NCBI GenBank assembly: GCA_030601745.1
Contig: JAUWBI010000002.1
Span: 16,770 to 80,769 of the forward strand
Reading direction: 5' to 3'
Origin: Phycisphaerae bacterium
Lineage (GTDB): Bacteria; Planctomycetota; Phycisphaerae; Sedimentisphaerales; Anaerobacaceae
DNA length: 64,000 nt
Shown here one piece after another: positions 25,749-34,401 of the stretch (the first letter of the stretch is position 1; each line of letters starts with the position of its first letter). Both the position numbers and the translations under genes were made by a program. Under the pieces are notes generated by a model. That model saw only the letters and a program-made list of their open reading frames with translations. It was not told the origin of the DNA and ran no database searches.

Positions 25749-26975
25749 GTGAGGGTGTTCAGGACAAAGGCACTACTGGGTGTATTGTTTGTTGTCTCTG
25801 TTGCGTCCATTTCAAACGCTGCCAATATTATCTACGTCGATGTCAACGGGCCAAACACCCCCGGGACAGGCAGCTACGAAGATCCATTTCGAAGAATTCA
25901 AGATGCGATTGATTCGGCTGACAGTAACGATACAGTTATCGTGGCCGAGGGAGTTTATACCGGTGACCCTAATAATCGTGATCTGCACCTTGATGGCAAA
26001 ACTATCACCATTCGCAGCACCGACCCCAACGACCCTAATGTGGTCGCGAATACAATCATTGACCCCAACCACCTTGGGCGGAGCTTTTATTTCCACAGTG
26101 GCGAGGATACAAACTGCGTTGTTGCGGGTTTTACGTTGCAGAACGGCGCGACGGACGACGGTTCAGGCGGGGCCATATATTGTCGTGACAGTAGTCCGAC
26201 AATAAGGAACTGCGTGATAATAAAAAACACGGCGATGTTTTGGAGCGGTGGTGGGATATATTTCAACAACAGTGAATCAACGATTCGGAACTGCATAATC
26301 GCTGGTAATTCTGCCCGGGCTACCGGCGGTGGAGTCAAATGCGTGTCCTGTAGCAATCTTGCAATCATTAACTGCACTATTAGCGGTAATTCGGCCGAGT
26401 GGCAGCAGGGTGAAGGTATCTTCTGCTTTGAGAGCACTGTGTCAATCAACAACTCTATTATCCGGGGTAATGGCCTGGAGCAGATCCATGATGCTACAGG
26501 CGGGGATGCTACCGTTACATACAGTGATGTCCAAAATGGTTGGTCAGGGACCGGAAATATTGATACTGACCCATGTTTTGCATCGTTTGATGCAAACGGC
26601 GAGCCCAGCATTTGGGACTTCCACCTGCAAAGCGCTTACGGCAGGTGTGACCCGAATAACCAAACCTGGGTAACGGATTCCAATACAAGTCCTTGTATCG
26701 ATGCAGGAGACCCAAATTCCGATTGGGGCGATGAGCCGTGGCCAAACGGCAAACGTATAAATATGGGAGCTTACGGTGGGACAAATCAGGCAAGTATGAA
26801 CGGCAATCCGGCTGATTTTGATATTGACAGGTCTGTCAATTTTGTAGATTTCGCCAAATTTTCTGATAAATGGTTTGCCCAGGAATTTTGTATTGAAGAT
26901 TTGTCTAATAATGGGGTGGTTGACTTTGGCGACTTCAGGATGTTTGCCGAGAACTGGCTCTGGCAGCGGGAATAA
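25749..26975 (+). CDS. Secreted right-handed parallel beta-helix protein with C-terminal dockerin-like repeats
   Basis: GTG start and signal peptide MRVFRTKALLGVLFVVSVASISNA. Repeated ...GGAIYC..S.P.I.NC.I..N.A...GGG motifs are present. The C-terminus reads DFDIDRSVNFVDFAKFSDKWF...DLSNNGVVDFGDFRMFAENWLW. Confidence 0.8.
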   Translation: MRVFRTKALLGVLFVVSVASISNAANIIYVDVNGPNTPGTGSYEDPFRRIQDAIDSADSNDTVIVAEGVYTGDPNNRDLHLDGKTITIRSTDPNDPNVVANTIIDPNHLGRSFYFHSGEDTNCVVAGFTLQNGATDDGSGGAIYCRDSSPTIRNCVIIKNTAMFWSGGGIYFNNSESTIRNCIIAGNSARATGGGVKCVSCSNLAIINCTISGNSAEWQQGEGIFCFESTVSINNSIIRGNGLEQIHDATGGDATVTYSDVQNGWSGTGNIDTDPCFASFDANGEPSIWDFHLQSAYGRCDPNNQTWVTDSNTSPCIDAGDPNSDWGDEPWPNGKRINMGAYGGTNQASMNGNPADFDIDRSVNFVDFAKFSDKWFAQEFCIEDLSNNGVVDFGDFRMFAENWLWQRE

Positions 26976-27041
26976 CTGATGATAGCCACGAATTTTCACA
27001 AATTAAAACAAATAAATTAAACCTGGGGGGTGGGCAATAAG

Positions 27042-27075
27042 AACAGGGCTAAGTCGTACGACTTAGCCCTGTTTT
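27042..27075. terminator. Bidirectional terminator hairpin between convergent genes
   Basis: Perfect palindrome AACAGGGCTAAGTCGT/ACGACTTAGCCCTGTT followed by a T-run. Confidence 0.7.
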
Positions 27076-27111
27076 CATATATACTTTTTCGGCGTTAATC
27101 CTTATATTTTT

Positions 27112-27753
27112 TCATAACGCTCTGCGTCTCCGCAGCCAGCCGACAAGGACTACACCGACGCTGCCAAGCAAAATGGCTCCTGGTGCGGGGGTGACCGTGG
27201 TCATAGTGCCAGTCAAGCCATCACTGTCAGCAATGCCAACATCAATCGTATCCTGGATGTACATACTGCTTAGGATGGTCAGATTGAAATCCAAGCCGTA
27301 ACCCGCCGCTGCAATAGCATCCAAGATATCCGAGCCGATAGTGTTCGTAACAGTAATGTTCGTGATGTCGGCTCTGATTTCGGTGTAGGCCACACCAGCA
27401 GGCCCGACAGGCACCAAATCACCTATACCAAGTGCACCATTCAGAAGGACGTTGCCAGCGGCATCTCTAATCTCAATGGAGCTGACAGGCGTCAGTAAGT
27501 AAGGACCGCCAGGTGTACCAGAGACTAACAAATCGGGGATGTACACAAAGCCTGCGCCAACCAGTGTATCAGTGGTGCCGCCCAGTACCCTGTTAACAGG
27601 AATTGTTTGAGCAAAAGAGAATATTCCTGCCACAGGACCGCTTGGCGTGTAGCTCCAGCCACCTGTACCAGGACTGAATTCCATAGTTGGAACCGCCAAA
27701 GCAGGTGTCCCAATAAACACCGCCAGAATAATTATCGAAATCCATTTTTTCAT
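27112..27753 (-). CDS. PEP-CTERM sorting-domain protein (exosortase cargo)
   Basis: 213 aa with signal peptide MKKWISIIILAVFIGTPALA. The C-terminus TPAPGAILLGSVGVVLVGWLRRRRAL has the motif, TM and basic cluster. Confidence 0.85.
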   Translation of the reverse strand: MKKWISIIILAVFIGTPALAVPTMEFSPGTGGWSYTPSGPVAGIFSFAQTIPVNRVLGGTTDTLVGAGFVYIPDLLVSGTPGGPYLLTPVSSIEIRDAAGNVLLNGALGIGDLVPVGPAGVAYTEIRADITNITVTNTIGSDILDAIAAAGYGLDFNLTILSSMYIQDTIDVGIADSDGLTGTMTTVTPAPGAILLGSVGVVLVGWLRRRRAL

Positions 27754-27821
27754 AAGACCTCCTTTCTAAAGCTGTTCAAGGGCAGGGCAAATACCCTGCC
27801 GTTAGCTGCATATTCGCAGGT

Positions 27822-28529
27822 TTACAGTGTTCTTCTCCTTCGCAACCAGCCGACAAGGCATACGCCAATACCGCCCAGCAAAATAGCGCCTGGAGCAGGA
27901 ATCCACGTGACGTCATGGGAGCCGGGGTTAATATCCCAGCTGGTTTTCCATTTGTGGTCAATGCCACATATTTCAAGGCCGTACATATCAAAGTGCACCC
28001 ATGTGAACCCACTTACTTCAACCCAGTATTCCTTAATCTGACCGTAGGTATTGGTCGACCCTATGACGCCATTGTCCGCATTGTAATCGTCAATTTTATC
28101 ACCCACGTTGGCGAAAGGGTCGAGGTCATAAATAAGAAAATCGGAAACATCATCTTTCAAGGGATAGTGGTTGTTGAAGTTCGCTCCACTTGGGAAAAAC
28201 GACGTGTCGCTGTAGCTATCAATAAACGTAGGGTCAGAAGTGCCTGAGCCTGGTAAACCTGTAATCAAAATAGTCCCCGTTTCACCATCGGGAACGGAGA
28301 TAATCAACGTCACGTCGGTCAGAGCGTCGACGTTGGTGTGATATGCACCGATAGTCCACAGTTGAAAGGGGTTGTCAATCACGAACCAAGTATCCTGATC
28401 CTCATAATAATCGCCTGCGTAGAGGTAATCCGGGCTCCAAACCTGAAACGTAGGCTGGGCCGATGCCGGTTGGCTCATAAGCAGCAACAAAGTAACAACT
28501 ACCACAATTGGTATTTTTAAAACCTTCAT
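27822..28529 (-). CDS. PEP-CTERM sorting-domain protein (exosortase cargo)
   Basis: 235 aa with a signal peptide ending ...SQPASAQP. The C-terminus is IPAPGAILLGGIGVCLVGWLRRRRTL. Confidence 0.85.
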   Translation of the reverse strand: MKVLKIPIVVVVTLLLLMSQPASAQPTFQVWSPDYLYAGDYYEDQDTWFVIDNPFQLWTIGAYHTNVDALTDVTLIISVPDGETGTILITGLPGSGTSDPTFIDSYSDTSFFPSGANFNNHYPLKDDVSDFLIYDLDPFANVGDKIDDYNADNGVIGSTNTYGQIKEYWVEVSGFTWVHFDMYGLEICGIDHKWKTSWDINPGSHDVTWIPAPGAILLGGIGVCLVGWLRRRRTL

Positions 28530-28648
28530 ATTATTTTACTCTCCAGCAAAAAAATGCCAGAATCCCTTCTTTTTCTTTTTAATAATAAAGTAAGGTTAAA
28601 CTTTCTGAGTGCTTCGTGAATACACTCTAAAAGTCAAAAAAACAATTC

Positions 28649-29377
28649 TCAGGTGAGTTCAGGCGGGCCTCGGGGTAAGTTCTCAAAAATGAATGCTGGT
28701 GAGAAACAAATAAATTGCTCGACTCTTAAAGTTAGGCAATTGAGTAGCGAATTTAAGCTATATCGTTCTGAAATGATTGCAGATGGGGATAGGAATGAAT
28801 TTGTGTCCTGCGGTATTCCAGCTAAATGGTGGAGCAGGCCTATGTATTGCGTGCCTTCAATATCACTACGCAGACGGTTAGAATTTTCAAGGTAATAGGG
28901 ATAAGTAAGCTCAGCATCGAGCTGCTGCTCGGTATGATTTCTATGGCTGAGACGCAGAGCCAAGTGAGGCACGGCTTGAATTCCGGTCTGGCCGAGCCAT
29001 AACAGGCCAGCCAAAGCTGCCAGCCAGACCTTGCGGTCCTTAACTAATGAAACGCAAATGAAACCGGTTAAAACCATTAAGAGCGCTCCAGGTACAGCAG
29101 GTAAAGACTTTGCACCAACAGGCAGAGTCGGCGAGTTCGTAAAAGCCGGGGGTGGCTTGAGAAATTCGGCAGCGACTTCGGCCAGGTAAGAATTACCGAG
29201 TTCTGTAGTGTGGGTGACATCGGCCACAATGGGGATGTGCGCATCTGAACCGGGGGACACAGCGGAAACAACAAGATTGCTGCTGCAATTGCTAACCGTT
29301 GGTGTAGCGTTTGCCGCCGTCAGGATAAGAAACGGCAGCAATACAACCAACCATTTACTCCTTTTGCCTAATACCAC
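28649..29377 (-). CDS. Secreted protein with an internal PEP-CTERM-like motif followed by a ~115-aa extension
   Basis: 242 aa with signal MVLGKRSKWLVVLLPFLILTAANA. Mid-protein sequence LPAVPGALLMVLTGFICVSLVKDRK is followed by a second hydrophobic helix and a soluble tail. Confidence 0.55.
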   Translation of the reverse strand: MVLGKRSKWLVVLLPFLILTAANATPTVSNCSSNLVVSAVSPGSDAHIPIVADVTHTTELGNSYLAEVAAEFLKPPPAFTNSPTLPVGAKSLPAVPGALLMVLTGFICVSLVKDRKVWLAALAGLLWLGQTGIQAVPHLALRLSHRNHTEQQLDAELTYPYYLENSNRLRSDIEGTQYIGLLHHLAGIPQDTNSFLSPSAIISERYSLNSLLNCLTLRVEQFICFSPAFIFENLPRGPPELT

Positions 29378-29709
29378 TCCGTAGTCTCCTCACAGATGAC
29401 TTCGTTGTCGAGCAAATAACCTTCCAGTTGCTTCCGTGCGTGTAAAATATAACCTCCTCCCACTTGAGGTTAAGAACGCTTTATATCAATGAATGAATTG
29501 CACGTCAACAAAAAAATGTAAAAAAAATAAAAATTTTTCAATATATATATATTGGGTCTTCGCTGTGCGTGACACGGAGAAGATAAGTTAGATTAGCACA
29601 AATGGTATAGACCGAAAGTAGTAGAGAGCGGCACTAATCTTCCGATTCTTGCGATTATTATAAAGGTTAGGGTGTCAAAGGATAAAAGAGGTGAATTCGA
29701 ATGGGCAAG

Positions 29710-30150
29710 TTACTGAGGAGTAGATGAATTGTTTTCTTTTTTGAGTGTCTCGACGGAGGGAGGCGTTTTTCCGGTTGGTTCCTCTGCGTCTATAGTGTGA
29801 ATAGGCGCAGTACTATTAGCTTCGCGGGACAACTGGCCTGCATTCTCCATACATCTTAACAGCATCGTGACCTTGTTCCTTACGCGGGTCTTTTGAAAAA
29901 TGCTTCTCAAATGCGTTTTTACAGTCCCATGCTTGACGTTTAGCTTCTCGGCGATGTCTCCGTTGGTAAAGCCCTGGCAAACAAGCTTAACTACCTGAAG
30001 CTCTCTTGGACTGATGTGATAATACCTCTGGATATACCGCCACTGCTTTTCATCAAGTAAAATAGCTTTAGGCCGACCGTAAAAAGAGTCACCGGGACTG
30101 CTGATATTTTCTATTTTGCTTTCCTCTTCTGGCTGTAATGATGAGGACAT
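29710..30150 (-). CDS. LuxR/GerE-family HTH regulator (EpsA-like position in an exosortase locus)
   Basis: Start taken at the ATG at 30150, 1 nt after the TAG of the TPR gene. The motif is ISPRELQVVKLVCQGFTNGDIAEKLNVKHGTVKTHLRSIFQKT. Confidence 0.8.
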   Translation of the reverse strand: MSSSLQPEEESKIENISSPGDSFYGRPKAILLDEKQWRYIQRYYHISPRELQVVKLVCQGFTNGDIAEKLNVKHGTVKTHLRSIFQKTRVRNKVTMLLRCMENAGQLSREANSTAPIHTIDAEEPTGKTPPSVETLKKENNSSTPQ

Positions 30151-30151
30151 A

Positions 30152-33100
30152 CTAATTCCCCTGCGATAATTCATCAAGGAGACGTTGCATCTCCTCTGTA
30201 TCTGCGGTGGATAAACCCCCAATTTCAGCATTCAACTCTAATGCTTTGTTTAAGTTTTCAATAGCTTCGTCTTTTTGCTCCAGGCTCGCTAAGGCCTTTG
30301 CCAAATGGAAGTATGAAGCTGCTGCTGCAGGTGTTCCTCCGGGATACAATCTTATGCATCTCGTAAAATCCTGAATCCCTTTATCAAATTGACCGAGTCT
30401 GTAATACGCGACTCCGCGGGTATCAATGAGGTCAACGTAGTTAGGGGCGATTTCCAAACCTCGCTGGGCAAGCTCGAGCGCCTGTTGATGTTTGCCTTGC
30501 TCTTCACAAAGTGTCCAGGCCAGATTATTGATGGCGACTACGTTATCAGGTTGAAGTTTGAGAATGCGCTCATAAAGTTTGGCTGCTTCTTCAGGACGGC
30601 CGGTCATTTGCAGCAGCATAGCAAGCGAGCCCATTACTGGGAGAGAATTGGGGTCGCGGGCCAGGATTCTGCGAAATAAATCTTCGGCTATTTTCTTAGC
30701 CTGGCTGTCTTCAGTGGCCGCCAAATCCGCAGCAATAGCAACGGGCGTGTAAGTATCTTTTGGGTGATTCTGGCACCAATTGACGACCTTCTGGTTTAGC
30801 TGGCTCCAGAGCTTGTCGTCCTTGAGTAGCTGGGCTTGCGCCAATAGTGGAGCTGGGGCATCCGGTGCAGACTGATACAACGAGTCAAATATCTTTTGAG
30901 CCTCTTCCTTGTTGCCATTTTTGTACAACGCGACGGCCAGAGCGATGTTGCATCTGTGGCGAGCTGAGGCATCACACATATCCAGTTGTTTTCTCAGCAG
31001 GGTCACAGGTTTTTCGGTTTCACCTATTTCAATATATGTTCTGGCCAGGAGCAGTACAATATCAACATCGTCTGGATACAGTTCGTGCAAAAGCTTGAGG
31101 GTAGGAATCGCCAAGAGCGGTGACCGCTCTGCTTCGGCCCGAGCCTTCAACAAAAGTAGCCGCCTATCGTTGGGTGTATGCACAAGGCCCCGCAAAGCAA
31201 TATCTATAGCTTTCCCAGGCTGTCCCTGCCTCAGCGAGAGTTCTCCCAGCAGAAGCCAGGCATCACTGATTTTGGCCTGGTCTTCGGTTATCTTCTGGAG
31301 AATCTGCACAGCATTTTCAATCGCCGGAGCAGTTCCTTCGGCAAGCAGTGAACGAGCTTTGTATAGGCGCAGCTCAGCATCCTCAGGATTTGCCGTAAGG
31401 GCTCCATCAAGGATGGTTTTTCCCTGAAGGACTCTTTCGGGACTGCTGGATGCTAAAAAGAGCAAAATAGCGCGTTTTTGGATTTGGACGTTACCCGGGG
31501 CTATAGATAGTGCCTGTTGTATATCAGCGATCGCCTTATCTGGCTGGCCTATGGAACGGTAAAAGTTACTTTTGGCCACCCACGCTTCGACACTATTTGG
31601 TTCGGAAGTTGTGGCGTGCTCAAAATCTTCTACTGCCTTATTGGGGTCACCAAGGGAAGCGAATGTTCTGGCGCGAAGGATGTAAGCCGACGCGTTGTTA
31701 AGGTTGTTTATTAGCTCATCACATAGTGCGATTGCTTCGGCAGATTTTCCTTGACGAACGTTCAATTCCACTTGAGCAACTGCTACTTGCAGCGAGTTGG
31801 GGTCCTGAATTTCTAACTTGTCCAGTAACTCACCTGCCTCGGCAAACTTATTTTGCCACATCTTGATTCTTGCAAGAGACAAGAGGACAGTGAGGTTATT
31901 AGGGTCGTCAGTTAATAAGTCCTCCAGAATATCGCTGGCAGGGTCCAATTCGCCGCGTCTAAGGTAACTTTGTAATTCCCATTTTTTTAGTTCGGGGTGG
32001 AATAGCTTTTCGCCGGCTGCTCGCTGAAGAATCTCGTCTGCACGCTCGCTCTCGTTTGCCTTATATAAAGCAGCAATAGTAGGAACGATTATGCGAAGGT
32101 CCTGGGGCGAACGATCGTAAGCCTCGCGATAGGTCGAAATCGCAAGCTGCAACTCGCCGGCTCGTTCGTAGGCTGCTGCGAAAAGCATTCGGCTGGTTTG
32201 GTCATTCGGATTAGCAAGCAGATTTTCTTTAAGAAGTGAAATAATTTGCGGATACCGGTTTTTGAAATTGTCCTCTGCGAACCAAATTCTTGCCTGCTCA
32301 TACCGCCACTGCCAACCCTCCTCGCCTTCAATTGTCTTAATTCTGTCGACGAGTTGTTGAGCCCGGTCGGAGTCTTTTATCACTTTCTCACATCTTAAAA
32401 GCCCGCGTTGGACAAGAATGTCGTCCGGGAGGTCGAGAATGAGCGAATTGAGGAACTGGTAGCGTTTTTCTTGCTCGTTCCAGCGATTATAAAAGCCAGC
32501 CAGGAGCAAACCCAGTTCCCTTTTGGCGACAGGCTGTTCTATGCGAGTTAAAGCATTTTTAATAATCTTTTCACACTCTTGAGTCTTACCTTCTGCTGCT
32601 AATAAAATAGCGAGGTATCTTACGAAGCTGATGGATTCAGGGAATACTCTAATAGCATCATATAATTTTGCTTTCGCTTCATCGGTTTTGTCCTGAGCGG
32701 TTAACAGTTCAACCTCTGCCATAGCAACTTCCATACGAGAGGGGTAGCTATTCTTCATTTCTTCCAGCAACTGCTGAGCTTTGCTGAACTGAGACCGCAA
32801 GAACGCAAGCTGAAGCTGCGAGGCCTTAACTGAAAAGGCATTATCAGAGGCTTTTTCCAGGGCGGCCAGGCGGTCTTCTATATCCTGCCACATTTGGGCA
32901 TTTTCGCCTGTTGGGCGTGCCGCCAACAGTTGCATCCGGGCTTGAGTATGTAGTAAGGCCACATCGAGACTGTTCGGAGAAATTTGCCTGGCCATTCGGG
33001 CTTGTTCTGCTGTCTCGGCCCAGTTTCCGGTCTGAGCCAACAGCCTGGCAAGGGCTAAGCGTCCATTCAAGAAATCAGGCCACTCAGAGACCAAAGTACG

Positions 33101-34327
33101 TAACTGGCGCAGTGCCGATTGTGTGTCACCTGAACGAGACAGAGTTGATGCCAACGCTAATCGAACTCGTGGGGGTAGGGGTTTATTACCTAATTGTATT
33201 GCCAGGCGAAAGCATTTGGCGGCCTCAAACAGGTGCCCTCTTCTATCGGCCAGAAGACCTTCCAAGAATGCAGTAGTTGCGGGGGCAATATCTTTTTGGC
33301 GTAGTTTGGAAATACAGTCGCCAGCACGGTCAAGCTTGTCGCATCTGATATATAACTCCGCGGCGGTCGGCATAAAATCCCAGGGTTGAGCAGAAAGCTC
33401 TTTTAATCCGGTTTCGGCAACTTTTAGCATTGTTGCTTTTGAGTTTGATTTCAGCGCGAGCATCGTCCAGACTCGCCAAAGGTTCTGGCTTGTTGGCTCA
33501 GCCATTTGCACAGCCTCAAGGTGTTTTTCTGCCTTGTCGGAGACGTTTGCGCTGATAAATTCCCCTGCGAGGCGTAGCCGTACGATAGGGTCAGATAAAT
33601 CCAGCTTTTCGGCCTGCTCCAGGTCAGCTAAGGCTTTGGGTCTATCTTTGCTTCTCAAATGAAAGGCGGCACGGATTATGTACGCCAAAGGCGAGGACGG
33701 ATTATTTTTTATCGCTTCATTAAACAAGTCAGCAGGGGCGGCTGAAAAATCTTCCGGGCGTTGCTCTGTGAGTTGCCCTAATATTTCGTAGGCTAATATC
33801 TGCTCAGGATGTTCCGCTATGATGTTCTTCAATTCCGCCGCTGCTTCATCGAACTTTCGTTGTCTGGCCAGTGCCACGGCCAACATCCTGCGAAGCTCAG
33901 GATCCTGGTTTGTTTTAAGGTATGTTGTGGCAATCAACTCGGCCTCGCCGGGCATACGCATCTCTAAATACAATTCAGTAAGTTTCATAGCGGCTTCGGA
34001 ATTGTTTTTGTCCTCTCTCAAAACGATTCGGTAAGACGCTATAGCATGTTGAAGATTGTTGCGTTTGAGAGGCCTGATGTTAAGGTGCGCATCGGCATAT
34101 TTGAGCAGTATTGGCACGTCGTCGTGCTCAACAGCGAGATAACGGCCCAGTTGGCTTGCCGCTTCTTCGTACCTATGCTCGTTATATGCCTTAATGCCAG
34201 CCTCAAGTCCCAACTCGGTTCTGGTGCTTCTTCGCCATTGGCGCAGTCCGAAAGCAGTCGCGCCCAAAACAACAAGACCGATTAGCAAAACAATTGCTAA
34301 TTTCCAGTTAAAATATCTTCTTGGCAT
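30152..34327 (-). CDS. Membrane-anchored 1391-aa TPR-repeat protein (PrsT-like, PEP-CTERM system associated)
   Basis: N-terminal TM WKLAIVLLIGLVVLGATAFGL. TPR-type A/L/Y-rich 34-aa periodicity runs throughout. Confidence 0.8.
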   Translation of the reverse strand: MPRRYFNWKLAIVLLIGLVVLGATAFGLRQWRRSTRTELGLEAGIKAYNEHRYEEAASQLGRYLAVEHDDVPILLKYADAHLNIRPLKRNNLQHAIASYRIVLREDKNNSEAAMKLTELYLEMRMPGEAELIATTYLKTNQDPELRRMLAVALARQRKFDEAAAELKNIIAEHPEQILAYEILGQLTEQRPEDFSAAPADLFNEAIKNNPSSPLAYIIRAAFHLRSKDRPKALADLEQAEKLDLSDPIVRLRLAGEFISANVSDKAEKHLEAVQMAEPTSQNLWRVWTMLALKSNSKATMLKVAETGLKELSAQPWDFMPTAAELYIRCDKLDRAGDCISKLRQKDIAPATTAFLEGLLADRRGHLFEAAKCFRLAIQLGNKPLPPRVRLALASTLSRSGDTQSALRQLRTLVSEWPDFLNGRLALARLLAQTGNWAETAEQARMARQISPNSLDVALLHTQARMQLLAARPTGENAQMWQDIEDRLAALEKASDNAFSVKASQLQLAFLRSQFSKAQQLLEEMKNSYPSRMEVAMAEVELLTAQDKTDEAKAKLYDAIRVFPESISFVRYLAILLAAEGKTQECEKIIKNALTRIEQPVAKRELGLLLAGFYNRWNEQEKRYQFLNSLILDLPDDILVQRGLLRCEKVIKDSDRAQQLVDRIKTIEGEEGWQWRYEQARIWFAEDNFKNRYPQIISLLKENLLANPNDQTSRMLFAAAYERAGELQLAISTYREAYDRSPQDLRIIVPTIAALYKANESERADEILQRAAGEKLFHPELKKWELQSYLRRGELDPASDILEDLLTDDPNNLTVLLSLARIKMWQNKFAEAGELLDKLEIQDPNSLQVAVAQVELNVRQGKSAEAIALCDELINNLNNASAYILRARTFASLGDPNKAVEDFEHATTSEPNSVEAWVAKSNFYRSIGQPDKAIADIQQALSIAPGNVQIQKRAILLFLASSSPERVLQGKTILDGALTANPEDAELRLYKARSLLAEGTAPAIENAVQILQKITEDQAKISDAWLLLGELSLRQGQPGKAIDIALRGLVHTPNDRRLLLLKARAEAERSPLLAIPTLKLLHELYPDDVDIVLLLARTYIEIGETEKPVTLLRKQLDMCDASARHRCNIALAVALYKNGNKEEAQKIFDSLYQSAPDAPAPLLAQAQLLKDDKLWSQLNQKVVNWCQNHPKDTYTPVAIAADLAATEDSQAKKIAEDLFRRILARDPNSLPVMGSLAMLLQMTGRPEEAAKLYERILKLQPDNVVAINNLAWTLCEEQGKHQQALELAQRGLEIAPNYVDLIDTRGVAYYRLGQFDKGIQDFTRCIRLYPGGTPAAAASYFHLAKALASLEQKDEAIENLNKALELNAEIGGLSTADTEEMQRLLDELSQGN

Positions 34328-34347
34328 TTACTTACCCTTTCTGGGTT

Positions 34348-34375
34348 CCCATTTTGCAGCAAATCGCAAAATGGG
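34348..34375 (-). promoter_or_regulatory. Intergenic hairpin CCCATTTTGC-N8-GCAAAATGGG just upstream of the TPR gene RBS
   Basis: 10-bp perfect stem (34348-34357 / 34366-34375) with no following U-run. It is paralogous to 38604-38633. Confidence 0.5.
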
Positions 34376-34401
34376 GTCCCTTCTCATCTATACACTTTTT
34401 T

